A stretch of 55,433 bases of DNA from a virus. Lineage: Duplodnaviria; Caudoviricetes. The stretch spans positions 1 through 55,433 of the IMG/VR virus record IMGVR_UViG_3300043449_001455; one strand, given 5' to 3'. A program made the position numbers and the translations under genes. Shown one piece after another: positions 7,742 through 16,761 of this stretch. The notes under the pieces are model-generated. The model saw nothing but the letters and a program-made list of their open reading frames with translations. It had not been told where the DNA came from and made no database searches. Within the stretch, counting starts at the first letter, position 1; every line of letters starts with the position of its first letter.

Positions 7742-9108
7742 GCTGCTCTCTTTCTCTGGCGTGCTGCGAGGACGTGCCGGGCCCAGCCGTGCGGGCTCTT
7801 CATCCCGCGCTTGCGCCCGATTTCGATCAGTTGTTCGAGGGTTTGTGCGCCGGCCTGCTCCCGATTCCGCTCACGGCGTAGAGCTGCTTCATCCACCTCC
7901 ACCAGCTGGCCATCGACCTGCTCGGGTCCACGTTGGACGGTGTCGGATTGATAAACGTGACCACACGCAGGACAAACGGGTGCGGGTTCATGGCAGGCGA
8001 AGCACTCGGGGCATTCTCTGACGGAGGGCGCATCGGTCGAGCCCTTGCGTTTTGGTTTCGCATCAAGCGACCACTCGCGTGGATCTTGCGGCAGGCCGTG
8101 GGTGAACACACAGGAGGCGTGGTCGAGAACGATCAGATCGGGCTTGCCGGGTGCAATGCGCAGGCCGCGGCCGACCGACTGCAGGTACATCGTGAGCGAC
8201 TTGGTGGGGCGCAGCAGGATGACGCAGCCGATCTCGGGGCAGTCAACACCAGCCACCCATAGGGCGCAGTTGCAGACGATGTCGATGGTGCCCTGGCGCA
8301 GGCCGGTCAGCGCCGCGGTGCGCTCTTCGCGGGTGGAGTTGCCGGAGATAGCGACAGCGCGGTAGCCGGCTGCAGTAAAGGCAGCAGCGGTGTGTTCTGC
8401 GTGGGCGATGTTGACGCAGAAGGCGACTGCCCGACGACCGTGGGCGTATTTGCGGTAGTGAGCAACGGCGTCACCGATGATGGACGGCCGATCAACGGCC
8501 TCTGCCAGCTGGTCTAGCGCGAAGTCGCCACCACGAGAGCGGACGTTGGCAAGATCGGGCTTGGTGGGTGCGTAGTAGCGGATCGGTGAGAGCAGACCCT
8601 CGGCGATGAGGTCTGCGGTGGAGCAGGTGGGGATGATGGTGTCGAACAGCTCGCCCAGGCCGCGGCCATCGAGACGGCAGGGCGTACCGGTGAGGCCGAG
8701 TATTGGCGGGTTGCCGGCGGCGGCCAATACCTGGCGATAGGTGTCGGCGACAGCGAGGTGACACTCGTCGACGATGATCAGCCCGGGCTTTTTGACGACC
8801 GGTCGGCGGACCGCGGTCTGCACCGAGACGATCTGCACCGGCTGGAACGGGTTGCGCGGCATGCCGGCCATGATGAAACCGTGCGGAATCTCGGCAGCTG
8901 CGAGGCGGCGAGCGGTGTCATCAAGAATCTCGCGCAGGTGGGCGAGGAACCAGACATCGTTGCCGCGCTCGATGGCGGATTTGATGATTTCGGCAGCGGT
9001 GTGGGTCTTGCCGAACCCGGTGGCGGCGCACAGCAATGGCGCCCGGAAACCAGCCCGATAGGCGGCGCGCACGTCCTGGATAGCTTTCTGTTGACGAGGT
9101 CTGAGCAT
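7738..9108 (-). CDS. SF2 DExH helicase with C-terminal Zn ribbon
   Basis: ATGFGKT, DECH, TGT, QSVGRGLR, CPEC/CPACG. Confidence 0.93.
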   Translation of the reverse strand: MLRPRQQKAIQDVRAAYRAGFRAPLLCAATGFGKTHTAAEIIKSAIERGNDVWFLAHLREILDDTARRLAAAEIPHGFIMAGMPRNPFQPVQIVSVQTAVRRPVVKKPGLIIVDECHLAVADTYRQVLAAAGNPPILGLTGTPCRLDGRGLGELFDTIIPTCSTADLIAEGLLSPIRYYAPTKPDLANVRSRGGDFALDQLAEAVDRPSIIGDAVAHYRKYAHGRRAVAFCVNIAHAEHTAAAFTAAGYRAVAISGNSTREERTAALTGLRQGTIDIVCNCALWVAGVDCPEIGCVILLRPTKSLTMYLQSVGRGLRIAPGKPDLIVLDHASCVFTHGLPQDPREWSLDAKPKRKGSTDAPSVRECPECFACHEPAPVCPACGHVYQSDTVQRGPEQVDGQLVEVDEAALRRERNREQAGAQTLEQLIEIGRKRGMKSPHGWARHVLAARQRKRAA

Positions 9109-9218
9109 GGTCTTGACCGTGAGAGGTCAGTAACGGATAAGAGAAAAAGCCAAGCAATCATAAGGGCTTAGCGGGACAAAACGGGAAAGATGAAGAGATG
9201 CGACAAGAGGGGATGAGG

Positions 9219-10094
9219 ATGAGTGAATTTGCGGTAAGTTTCTGTCCACAGCCGACCGAGGAGCCGATGGGGCTCACCAATGCCGAGTACCACGCGAGGC
9301 CCGAGGTCTCGAAAAGCAGCCTGGATCTGGTGCATCGCAGCCCGCTGCATTTCTGGAACCGCTACCTGAATCCAGACCGCGTGGCAGAACCGCCGACTGA
9401 GGCGATGATCCTCGGCTCAGCGCTGCACACCCGGGTGCTGGAGCCGCACCTGTTCGAGGACGAGTATGCCGTGGCGCCCCACTGCGACCGGCGCACGAAG
9501 GAAGGCAAGATGATCTGGGCCGACTTCGAGCAGCAGGCCGCGGGCAAGACGCTGTTGAAGATGGAAGACGCGCTGCGGATCGACGCAATGGCTGGCGCGG
9601 TGCGGAAGCACGAGGCCGCGAGGTTCCTGCTGTCGCAGCCCGGCAAGGCAGAGCAGTCTTACTTCTGGACTGATGATGAGACAGGCGAGAAGTGCAAGTG
9701 CCGGCCCGACTGGCATAGTGCTGACCGCCGGATCATCGTCGACGTGAAGACCACCGAGGACGCCAGCCCGGCGAAGTTCTTGCGCAGCTCGGTGCTCGGG
9801 TGGCGCTACCACGTGCAGGCGGCGTTCTACATGCAGGGGCTCCCGGAGGCCGAGGTTTTCCTGTTCGTGTGCGTCGAGAAGAAGCCGCCCTATGCGGTGG
9901 CGGTCTACAGCCTGCCGCCGCTGCTGGTGGAGCGCGGGCTCAAGGAGGCCAAGGCCGACCTGGGTCTGATCGCTGCCTGCCGGGCGGCCGACAGCTGGCC
10001 GTCCTACAGCGAGGAGATCGAAGAGCTGCCACTGCCCAAGTGGCTTGACGATCCGGCCACTGCTGCACTCATTTCTGAAATCGAAGGTTTCTAA
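9219..10094 (+). CDS. RecE/ExoVIII-like PD-(D/E)XK exonuclease (DUF3799-like)
   Basis: YHA..SKSSL, GSALH, KCRPD, DVKTT, YHVQAAFY; start may be 9267. Confidence 0.9.
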   Translation: MSEFAVSFCPQPTEEPMGLTNAEYHARPEVSKSSLDLVHRSPLHFWNRYLNPDRVAEPPTEAMILGSALHTRVLEPHLFEDEYAVAPHCDRRTKEGKMIWADFEQQAAGKTLLKMEDALRIDAMAGAVRKHEAARFLLSQPGKAEQSYFWTDDETGEKCKCRPDWHSADRRIIVDVKTTEDASPAKFLRSSVLGWRYHVQAAFYMQGLPEAEVFLFVCVEKKPPYAVAVYSLPPLLVERGLKEAKADLGLIAACRAADSWPSYSEEIEELPLPKWLDDPATAALISEIEGF

Positions 10095-10097
10095 CCG

Positions 10098-10808
10098 ATG
10101 TCCGATCAATCAACAGCGCTGACAACATTCAGCCAGGACGGTGTCTTCACCGGGATTCAACAGTTCGAGAACGCTCAGCGCATCGGCAAGGCTCTGGCCA
10201 GCAGTGCGCTGGTGCCAAAGGAATATCAGGGCCAGAACGGCCTGGCTAACACGCTGGTGGCGATGGAGATCGCCGGGCGGATGGGCCTGAGCCCGCTGCA
10301 GGTCATGCAGAATTTGCATATTATCCACGGCCGTCCCAGCTGGTCGTCGCAGTTCATTATTGCGATGGTGAATGGCTGCGGCCGGTTCACGCCGTTGGAG
10401 TTCGTGCTCGATGGCGAGGGCGACCAGCAGAGCTGCTACGCGATTGCCACCGACCTGAAGACCAGCAAGGAGCTGAAAGGCCCGGTGGTATCGATCACCA
10501 TGGCCAAGAAAGAAGGCTGGTTCAGCAAGACCGGATCGAAGTGGCAGACGATGCCGGATCTGATGCTGCGCTACCGCGCTGCAGCATTTTGGGGCCGTCT
10601 TTTCGTGCCTGAATTCCTAGTTGGAATGAAGACACAAGAAGAAGTTATTGATGTGGACTCAGTAGAAGTTGAATCTGTCGCTGCGGTAACAATCAAGGAA
10701 TTGAATAATACAATTTATTCTTCGGCAGCAGTAGACGAAGCCGAATCAGTGACCCAAAACGGCACAGCCGCAGAGCAGGGAGCAGGGGGCGATGATGCAG
10801 TCTGGTGA
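10098..10808 (+). CDS. RecT/Red-beta-like single-strand annealing protein
   Basis: LVPKEYQG, GLSPLQVMQNL, GRPSWS, W..MPDLMLRYRA; follows the exonuclease. Confidence 0.8.
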   Translation: MSDQSTALTTFSQDGVFTGIQQFENAQRIGKALASSALVPKEYQGQNGLANTLVAMEIAGRMGLSPLQVMQNLHIIHGRPSWSSQFIIAMVNGCGRFTPLEFVLDGEGDQQSCYAIATDLKTSKELKGPVVSITMAKKEGWFSKTGSKWQTMPDLMLRYRAAAFWGRLFVPEFLVGMKTQEEVIDVDSVEVESVAAVTIKELNNTIYSSAAVDEAESVTQNGTAAEQGAGGDDAVW

Positions 10809-11013
10809 AACAAGTTACCTAACGCCAACCGAGCTGGCTGATCGATGGCGTAATGTCGTCTCGCTCAGCACGCTCGACAACTGGCGGTCACAGCAACGTG
10901 GTCCCAGATGGTTCAAAGCTGGAGGTCGGGTGCTCTACCCGGTCACTGAGGTCCTCCAGTACGAGCAGCGCAACATGCGCGGCTTCCCCAACAAAACCGC
11001 ATCCGAACGATGA
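10795..11013 (+). CDS. Excisionase/MerR-like HTH protein
   Basis: YLTPTELADRW...TLDNWRS...GP.W.K.GGRVLY. Confidence 0.85.
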   Translation: MQSGETSYLTPTELADRWRNVVSLSTLDNWRSQQRGPRWFKAGGRVLYPVTEVLQYEQRNMRGFPNKTASER

Positions 11014-11261
11014 ACCGCATCACCGCCGAACAAGCTCTTGAGCAGGTCGGCCGTCAATCGAAAACCGCTCCGCTGCGCAACGAGATCCTTGATCTCGAAC
11101 CCGGCGAAGCGATCGAGGTCGACTTCAACGAGTACAAGCCGGGCACCATCACTCAGGTGGCCGGCAACCTCAGCCGCCGGCAGTCAACCCGCAAGTTCTC
11201 GGTGCGCAAGCGCCGGGACGGCAGCGGCTGCTTCATCATCTGCCAATCCACTTCTAACTGA
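11010..11261 (+). CDS. Hypothetical small basic protein
   Basis: ATGA-coupled 83-aa ORF. Confidence 0.7.
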   Translation: MNRITAEQALEQVGRQSKTAPLRNEILDLEPGEAIEVDFNEYKPGTITQVAGNLSRRQSTRKFSVRKRRDGSGCFIICQSTSN

Positions 11262-11269
11262 GCTCATCC

Positions 11270-11710
11270 ATGTTCAACGCAACACTGACCGGCAACCTCG
11301 GTCGCGACCCTGAATTCCAGACCACGCAGTCTGGCCAGATGGTGTCGAAGTTCTCGCTGGCTGTCCGCCAGGCCAAGAAGGACGCCCCGGCGTTCTGGGT
11401 GAAGGTGGAGGTCTGGGGCAAGCAGGCCGAGTACGTGGCCAACTACCTGAAGAAGGGCGCCAGCGTGTGCGTCACCGGCCAGGTGGGTGAGGACCAGTGG
11501 AATGACAAAACCACTGGCGAGCTGAAGAAGGCTGTGGTGATCCGCAACGCATCGGTGGAGAGCTGGCAGGCTCGTGCTGAGGGGGCTGCACCTGCACCCG
11601 CTCCGGCCCAACAATGGAACCAGCCGCCCGCCGCTGCACCTGCCCCCGCTGCTCCTCAGCAATGGAATCAGGCACCGCTGGAGCCCGACGACGACGGGAT
11701 TCCTTTCTGA
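11270..11710 (+). CDS. ssb: Single-stranded DNA-binding protein
   Basis: GNLGRDPE, WGKQAE...YLKKG, acidic tail ending DDDGIPF. Confidence 0.95.
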   Translation: MFNATLTGNLGRDPEFQTTQSGQMVSKFSLAVRQAKKDAPAFWVKVEVWGKQAEYVANYLKKGASVCVTGQVGEDQWNDKTTGELKKAVVIRNASVESWQARAEGAAPAPAPAQQWNQPPAAAPAPAAPQQWNQAPLEPDDDGIPF

Positions 11711-12180
11711 TGTCCACCGAGCGCGCAGCCTGGCTTGCCGATCTGCGTCGCTCCCACCGGTCCGAGACGATCCTGACGCTGCTGCAGCTGCAGGAACTCG
11801 GGCCGGGTCTCTACACCACCCAGGATCTGATGGAGCTGCTGGGCGTCCAGTCCAGCTCCACCGGCCTGGCTCTTGCCCGGCTGAAATGCGCAGGCCTGCT
11901 GCAGTACGAAGGCTGGTGCAAGAAGGGCCGACTGATCTGGTGGATCGCGAACTGGGACGACACACAGCCCAGTCCGACGACGCAGTACCCTCGCTGGGTG
12001 CTGCGGGCCAATGCGGCCAAGGAGGCCGAGGTAATGCTCGGCAAGGAGCGAGAGGCAGCACAGAAGCTCCGCGTCCACCCAAAGACGCTGAGCAACTTCC
12101 TGAGCGGGCGTTACGGCGACTGCCGCCTGCTGGGGGAGTGGAAGATCAAAACCACCCCTGTTGATTTTGTAACTCGATGA
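11710..12180 (+). CDS. Hypothetical protein with winged-HTH-like segment
   Basis: TGATG coupling; TTQDLMELLGVQSSSTGLALARLK. Confidence 0.65.
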   Translation: MSTERAAWLADLRRSHRSETILTLLQLQELGPGLYTTQDLMELLGVQSSSTGLALARLKCAGLLQYEGWCKKGRLIWWIANWDDTQPSPTTQYPRWVLRANAAKEAEVMLGKEREAAQKLRVHPKTLSNFLSGRYGDCRLLGEWKIKTTPVDFVTR

Positions 12181-12662
12181 AACTGACGTTCAACAGCCGA
12201 GAACTGGGGCAGATCGTGCCGATCGAGGCGATCTGCGAGATGGACCTAGAGCAGGCCCGGGCGTTCCACGTGGAACTGACCATGGCAATCCAGGGCATGG
12301 ATGACGCCATTAGTGAGGCGAACCGGCTTGAGCACGAGGCCGGCGTGCCGTTTGACCGCGACTGGATGCACAAGGCGCGCAAGAAGCGCCGGATCACGAT
12401 CGCGTTTGCCAGTGAGGCCAAGCGCCGGCTGCTGAAGCTGGAGGGCCTTGAGGGCGCCGACATGCGGCAGAAGCGCTCGATCTACGAAGCGCAGCGCAAC
12501 AAGTTCCAGACGCTGCGCCACGACCGGCTGCGCGAGCTGCTGAAGGAAGAGCTGGGCCCGGGTGTGCTGGAGGAGATCGAGGCCGATGCGCACGAGACAG
12601 CCGAGCGTGACCTGAAGGCGTGGCTGGAGGAGCACGGCTACGAGCAGGTCTACGTGACATGA
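12177..12662 (+). CDS. Hypothetical helical protein
   Basis: ATGA-coupled 161-aa ORF with genome-typical codons. Confidence 0.7.
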   Translation: MKLTFNSRELGQIVPIEAICEMDLEQARAFHVELTMAIQGMDDAISEANRLEHEAGVPFDRDWMHKARKKRRITIAFASEAKRRLLKLEGLEGADMRQKRSIYEAQRNKFQTLRHDRLRELLKEELGPGVLEEIEADAHETAERDLKAWLEEHGYEQVYVT

Positions 12663-12734
12663 AGGTTCGTAACGGTCGTGGGCGCCGGCAGCGGCGCCTT
12701 GCTTTGATATGCGAGTTCACGCCGAGGAGGGCGC

Positions 12735-12986
12735 ATGACACCTTTTGAACTTGTTGGCGTTGTGGCGCTGGGATCAGTCGCCGGTGCGCTGGTGTACCGG
12801 ACCATGCACAAGATTTTTGTTGCCGAAGCCAGCAAGCACATCGACTACGCAGTGCGCGAGGCATTCGAGAACGGCATGCTGTGCGCTGCCGACATGATCA
12901 CGATGGAGGGCCAGGAAGTGATCGCCGGCGACATCCGCAAGGCGATCGAAGTGGTCCGCACTACAAACCGCAATTCACACTCATGA
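12735..12986 (+). CDS. Hypothetical membrane-anchored protein
   Basis: GAGGAGG RBS; N-terminal hydrophobic helix. Confidence 0.7.
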   Translation: MTPFELVGVVALGSVAGALVYRTMHKIFVAEASKHIDYAVREAFENGMLCAADMITMEGQEVIAGDIRKAIEVVRTTNRNSHS

Positions 12987-13210
12987 CTGGTCAACAACCA
13001 ATTGCATTTCAGTGGCACGAGCACCAGAGCGGCTCGTATGGGCCTGGCATCAGCCGGCCAGCTGTGCCCGAGCGTGCCAAGAAGTTCACGCTGCAGGTGA
13101 AGCAGGGCGGCGCCCGGCCGATGAAGGTGACGCTGATGGCTGAGAACCAGAAGCTGGCGCTGCGCTATGCCGCAAACCGCTGGCCTGGTGCTGCGGTGGA
13201 GGTGGCGTGA
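12983..13210 (+). CDS. Hypothetical protein
   Basis: ATGA-coupled; MTGQQPIAFQW...YAANRWP. Confidence 0.7.
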   Translation: MTGQQPIAFQWHEHQSGSYGPGISRPAVPERAKKFTLQVKQGGARPMKVTLMAENQKLALRYAANRWPGAAVEVA

Positions 13211-13716
13211 TGGCAACGCCAGAGCAATGGGCGCAAGCCGAAAAGTGGGCTGATAACCCCGTGATCGGGGCCAGCGATGCCTGTCTCCTTGAACTCCGCG
13301 CCAGGGTCGAGCAGCTGGAGGCCAACACTACCCAGTGGCGCACGGATCACCTGCGACTGGCCAACACCTGTGCCTCGCTTGCGCCAGACCGCTTGAAATT
13401 CTTTGACGCTTTGCTGCCAAATCAAGAGGCGGAAATCTGTGATTACTACGCCGCGCTGAGCGCCCAGCACCACGGCCAGGCAGTGTTTCACGGCAACTCC
13501 AAGCCAACTCCTAATCCAAGCCAAATCAGGAGTTCACTGGTGGAGCGGGTGGCCATCGCCATCAGCCGATGCGAAGACTCCTCCTGCTGGGACGACGAGG
13601 CTGTCAACTGGGAGCCGGAAGCTCGCGCCGCGATCCGCGAGGTACTGGCTTGGCTCAAGGAAGGCGAGCACACCTGGGCTGCGCTGAAGCTGGAGCAGGA
13701 GGTGGAGCGTGACTGA
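13207..13716 (+). CDS. Mosaic-type hypothetical protein
   Basis: ATPEQW...CLLELRARVEQLEA...SLVERVA...EARAAIREV. Confidence 0.75.
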   Translation: MMATPEQWAQAEKWADNPVIGASDACLLELRARVEQLEANTTQWRTDHLRLANTCASLAPDRLKFFDALLPNQEAEICDYYAALSAQHHGQAVFHGNSKPTPNPSQIRSSLVERVAIAISRCEDSSCWDDEAVNWEPEARAAIREVLAWLKEGEHTWAALKLEQEVERD

Positions 13717-14062
13717 CAGAACACTCCCGGTTCACAAAAACTGCCCCGACCAAGGCTGCGACATCTGCCAGCGCGACTGGCCCTGTGCTCGACTGGCACG
13801 AGCAGAACACGATGCCGCCGCCAAGCACACCGATCAAGACCTTTCCTCTGCCAGCCGGATCATGATTGCAGTGACGCATCTCTACCAAGAGCACGGCGGA
13901 GACCCTCCGGCTCGCGCTGTTGCTGCCGCCGCACTGCGAGCTGCTGCGGATCAGGTGGCTCCCGACTACGCCTGCAAAAGAGGCAGCATTTACGGGGACA
14001 CAATGCGCGGAGTCCGAAGCAACCTCCTCGATATCGCCGCCAAGCTGGAGGCCGAGCAATGA
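13709..14062 (+). CDS. Mosaic-type hypothetical protein
   Basis: AAALRAAADQV...IAAKLEA. Confidence 0.7.
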   Translation: MTDRTLPVHKNCPDQGCDICQRDWPCARLARAEHDAAAKHTDQDLSSASRIMIAVTHLYQEHGGDPPARAVAAAALRAAADQVAPDYACKRGSIYGDTMRGVRSNLLDIAAKLEAEQ

Positions 14063-14244
14063 TCTCCATGAACTCTGAAGGCGGCCACATCGGTCCGTTC
14101 TGGTGGATCAATGGCGATCCGTCTCAAACGCACCGTGTCGGTTTTGATTTTGCCGGTGCTCACGTCCACCTCGATCTTTACTGGTGGGGCACCTGCGGGA
14201 TCGGCCCCAACATTCACGTCGCAATGGGACCCTGCAATGACTGA
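14059..14244 (+). CDS. Hypothetical protein
   Basis: Overlap-coupled at both ends. Confidence 0.6.
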   Translation: MISMNSEGGHIGPFWWINGDPSQTHRVGFDFAGAHVHLDLYWWGTCGIGPNIHVAMGPCND

Positions 14245-14383
14245 CCCACCCCTTGAACTGATCGAACACTGGGTCGCCGATGCGATCGAAATGGTCTGTG
14301 AAGGCGTGATTGCGCCCGAGGCCATACACCACCACGTCGCCTGTCTTGCTGCGGAGTGGGGCTACAACCAACGCGACCGATGA
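14237..14383 (+). CDS. Hypothetical protein (48 aa)
   Basis: PPLELIEHW...AAEWG, similar to the N-terminus of 16758-17099. Confidence 0.65.
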   Translation: MTDPPLELIEHWVADAIEMVCEGVIAPEAIHHHVACLAAEWGYNQRDR

Positions 14384-14583
14384 ACTACCCCGACTGGATC
14401 TGTGACCCTTGCGGCCGCCGCCTTGGCCGCTTCTACATCGATGGCCGATGGGTCGGTCCGGTGCGCCACAGCGCCACCTATCACGAGGGCTGCTGTGATG
14501 TCTGCGGCAAGACCGCACCCGTCACCGAACCCCGCGACCATGGGCACCTGGTGTCCGACTGGCAACGCCTCTTGAAACCATGA
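14380..14583 (+). CDS. Zn-finger hypothetical protein
   Basis: WICDPCG...CDVCG...VTEPRD. Confidence 0.75.
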   Translation: MNYPDWICDPCGRRLGRFYIDGRWVGPVRHSATYHEGCCDVCGKTAPVTEPRDHGHLVSDWQRLLKP

Positions 14584-14891
14584 ACTCTTATCCCGAAACC
14601 CGCCTGCTGGAGCTGTACCGGCAGCAGATGATGCCGATGATCGATCCCGATGCGGTGACGCTGATCCGCTGGGCCGATCGCATCGAAACCCTCGCCCACT
14701 TCAACGTGGCGCGGAAGGGCTGGTCCTACGAGCGGGCCGGCACGCTGGTGGACGAGGTCCGCGAGCTACTGCGCATCTGGCGGCTGGAGATGCACACCTG
14801 GGTGGTCGAGACCCCGCAGGCCGATGGCACCGAGATCAGCCGTCAGATCCAGGCGCCCACCTACGAGCAGGCGATTCAGCTGTTTGACTGA
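14580..14891 (+). CDS. Hypothetical protein
   Basis: ATGA-coupled 103-aa ORF. Confidence 0.65.
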   Translation: MNSYPETRLLELYRQQMMPMIDPDAVTLIRWADRIETLAHFNVARKGWSYERAGTLVDEVRELLRIWRLEMHTWVVETPQADGTEISRQIQAPTYEQAIQLFD

Positions 14892-15079
14892 CGGTCGCAA
14901 TCCATGAGCAGCAGCTCAAGCCGGGCGATTTCGTTGACCGCCTTCTGGATCTGGAACTGCTGCTGGCAGCAAAGCCTGTACAACATGGCTGTACGGGGAT
15001 CTTCCCTGCGGGCGATGGTCTCAACAGCCCACATTTCCTCTGTGCTCATTTCAGCCTGAAGCCACTCACCAAACGTCAT
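14876..15079 (-). CDS. Hypothetical protein (67 aa), counter-oriented
   Basis: MTFGEWL...QKAVNEIARLEL; fills the gap on the minus strand. Confidence 0.6.
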   Translation of the reverse strand: MTFGEWLQAEMSTEEMWAVETIARREDPRTAMLYRLCCQQQFQIQKAVNEIARLELLLMDCDRQSNS

Positions 15080-15530
15080 GGAATTGAACGGCAGCGACCA
15101 TTCAACAGTAGGCAATGGTGTCTGTAACCACCAAAACAGCAGGATTACTTCCACGTATCGCAACAAAAAGGGTGGAATAAAGAAGCGCCACCAGTGCAAA
15201 GACTGCGGGCACTGCTGGAGCACCGGTGCCGTTGGTCCGGGCCCGAAGCTCAGCCAGAGCGACGTGCTGGAGATTCTTGCCACGCCGCGGACCTTCACCA
15301 ATGTGGAGCTGGGCGAGCGGTACGGCGTGAGCCGCGAGACGATCCGCCAGGTGCGCTGCGGCATGATCCACAAGCACGTGGAATCGGTCGACGCGCGGCC
15401 TGATGGCAGCCGGTACTGCACCACCTGTGCCCACTTCAACCTTGGCAGCGGGTGCCGGATGCAGTTCCCGGATTTCGACGAGCTGGGGCCGGTGTTCGCC
15501 AGCGAATGCGAAACCTACTGCGCCGTGTAA
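15078..15530 (+). CDS. Zn-ribbon/HTH/Zn-finger putative regulator
   Basis: RHQCKDCGHCW; ELGERYGVSRETIRQVR HTH; CTTC...C...C. Start uncertain. Confidence 0.75.
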   Translation: MELNGSDHSTVGNGVCNHQNSRITSTYRNKKGGIKKRHQCKDCGHCWSTGAVGPGPKLSQSDVLEILATPRTFTNVELGERYGVSRETIRQVRCGMIHKHVESVDARPDGSRYCTTCAHFNLGSGCRMQFPDFDELGPVFASECETYCAV

Positions 15531-15576
15531 CGAATTGTTAAGACGCTGTGGCTCCTGCCCGGATGCCCGGCACAAT
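15524..15576 (+). promoter_or_regulatory. Putative promoter: reverse HLR1-like pair plus -10 CACAAT
   Basis: TTAACAAT-TC-GTTACACG on the minus strand (15524-15541); CACAAT at 15571-15576. Confidence 0.5.
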
Positions 15577-15599
15577 TAGCCCGTCCACCTCTCCAACCC

Positions 15600-15722
15600 A
15601 TGAAGCGACTGCTGATTCTCCTTATCCCCATTGTCACGATCGCCGTGATCGTCAACGAGCACGCCAACAGCTGCCGCATCGCCCATCACCCTTCTGCCGG
15701 GCCGATGCCCGTTTGCGAATGA
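15600..15722 (+). CDS. Small membrane or secreted peptide (40 aa; below ORF-track cutoff)
   Basis: MKRLLILLIPIVTIAVIVNEH...; stop overlaps the next ATG. Confidence 0.6.
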   Translation: MKRLLILLIPIVTIAVIVNEHANSCRIAHHPSAGPMPVCE

Positions 15723-15910
15723 CTGAGCGCAACTACCACTTCACCATCCCGCAGTCGAACGTCTTCGACTACGTCACCGCTGCCAGCTTTACCGATGCCA
15801 AAGCCAAAGCCTTCGCCGAATACGGCCCCTGGTGGAGCCTCATCGAGTGGCTCGACGCGGATGACAACGATCAACGACGCGCTGGCACCCTGGATGACCG
15901 TTCGCTCTGA
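15719..15910 (+). CDS. Hypothetical protein
   Basis: ATGA-coupled; MTERNYHFTIP... Confidence 0.65.
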   Translation: MTERNYHFTIPQSNVFDYVTAASFTDAKAKAFAEYGPWWSLIEWLDADDNDQRRAGTLDDRSL

Positions 15911-16115
15911 TGTCGACTGGGACTCATGCCCGGACAAGCTGTGGGACGAGCTGCTTGAGCAGGCACCCAGGCTGGCGACCATCAGCCGGTTCTGGTTCCT
16001 GAAGGGCATCCACCGCGCCATTACCGAGATGGAGCGCAAGATCGACGACAAGCCGCTGTGGCCCACACGTCAAGACCTTATCGATCACCTGAATTCGATC
16101 AATGCACCCAACTGA
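15861..16115 (+). CDS. Hypothetical protein
   Basis: ATG ORF in the operon; start uncertain. Confidence 0.55.
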   Translation: MTTINDALAPWMTVRSDVDWDSCPDKLWDELLEQAPRLATISRFWFLKGIHRAITEMERKIDDKPLWPTRQDLIDHLNSINAPN

Positions 16116-16491
16116 AGACGACTTCCGGCTGATCCCGGAAACCTTGATCTACATGCAGACGCGCACCATCAATGCGCTGCTGCGGGGCGGGTTCTTCACC
16201 GCCGAGCAGATCATGATGGCCAGCACGGCCGACCTGATGAACCTCAAGAATTTCGGCGTGCAGTCGCTGGCTGAGGTTGCCGCCTGGCGCCAAGCGCTTA
16301 TAGAGCCCGATCCAGTGCTTTATCGCGAGACCCATCAAGCGGTCACGGCAGCGCTGAACGAATGCGGCAGCTGCATGGCTGATCAGGAGGCTGTTGCGGC
16401 AATGCGGGTGGTCTGGAGCCGAATCGCTCGCGGGCCGTTCACCGCCACCCGGATCCGCCAGATGCTGATGCCGCCGGAGGTGCAGGCCTGA
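16102..16491 (+). CDS. RNA polymerase alpha-CTD-like domain protein
   Basis: RTINALLRGGFFTAEQIMMASTADLMNLKNFGVQSLAEV matches the alpha-CTD pattern R..NxL...I.T...L......L..+.NFG..SL.E+. Confidence 0.8.
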   Translation: MHPTEDDFRLIPETLIYMQTRTINALLRGGFFTAEQIMMASTADLMNLKNFGVQSLAEVAAWRQALIEPDPVLYRETHQAVTAALNECGSCMADQEAVAAMRVVWSRIARGPFTATRIRQMLMPPEVQA

Positions 16492-16494
16492 GCC

Positions 16495-16761
16495 ATGGGC
16501 TACTTCAACTGCGCTTCGACCAAGGAGGCCTACTACCTGTCGATGGCCAACCGGCCGCGGCCGAAAAACGGAACCAGCACCTATCGCGGGGTGTCACGCA
16601 GCAGCAGCCCGAACTTGCCGTGGCGTGCAGCGCTGGGCTACCGCGGCGCCCGCTACTACCTCGGATCGTTTGCCACCGAGCGGGAGGCGGCACTGGCGTA
16701 CAACGAGGCAGCGCTGCGGATCATTGGTGAGCATGCTGTGATCAATGAGGTGGGCGAATGA
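16495..16761 (+). CDS. Stand-alone AP2 domain protein
   Basis: STYRGVS...WRA...YLGSFATEREAALAYNEAA. Confidence 0.9.
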   Translation: MGYFNCASTKEAYYLSMANRPRPKNGTSTYRGVSRSSSPNLPWRAALGYRGARYYLGSFATEREAALAYNEAALRIIGEHAVINEVGE

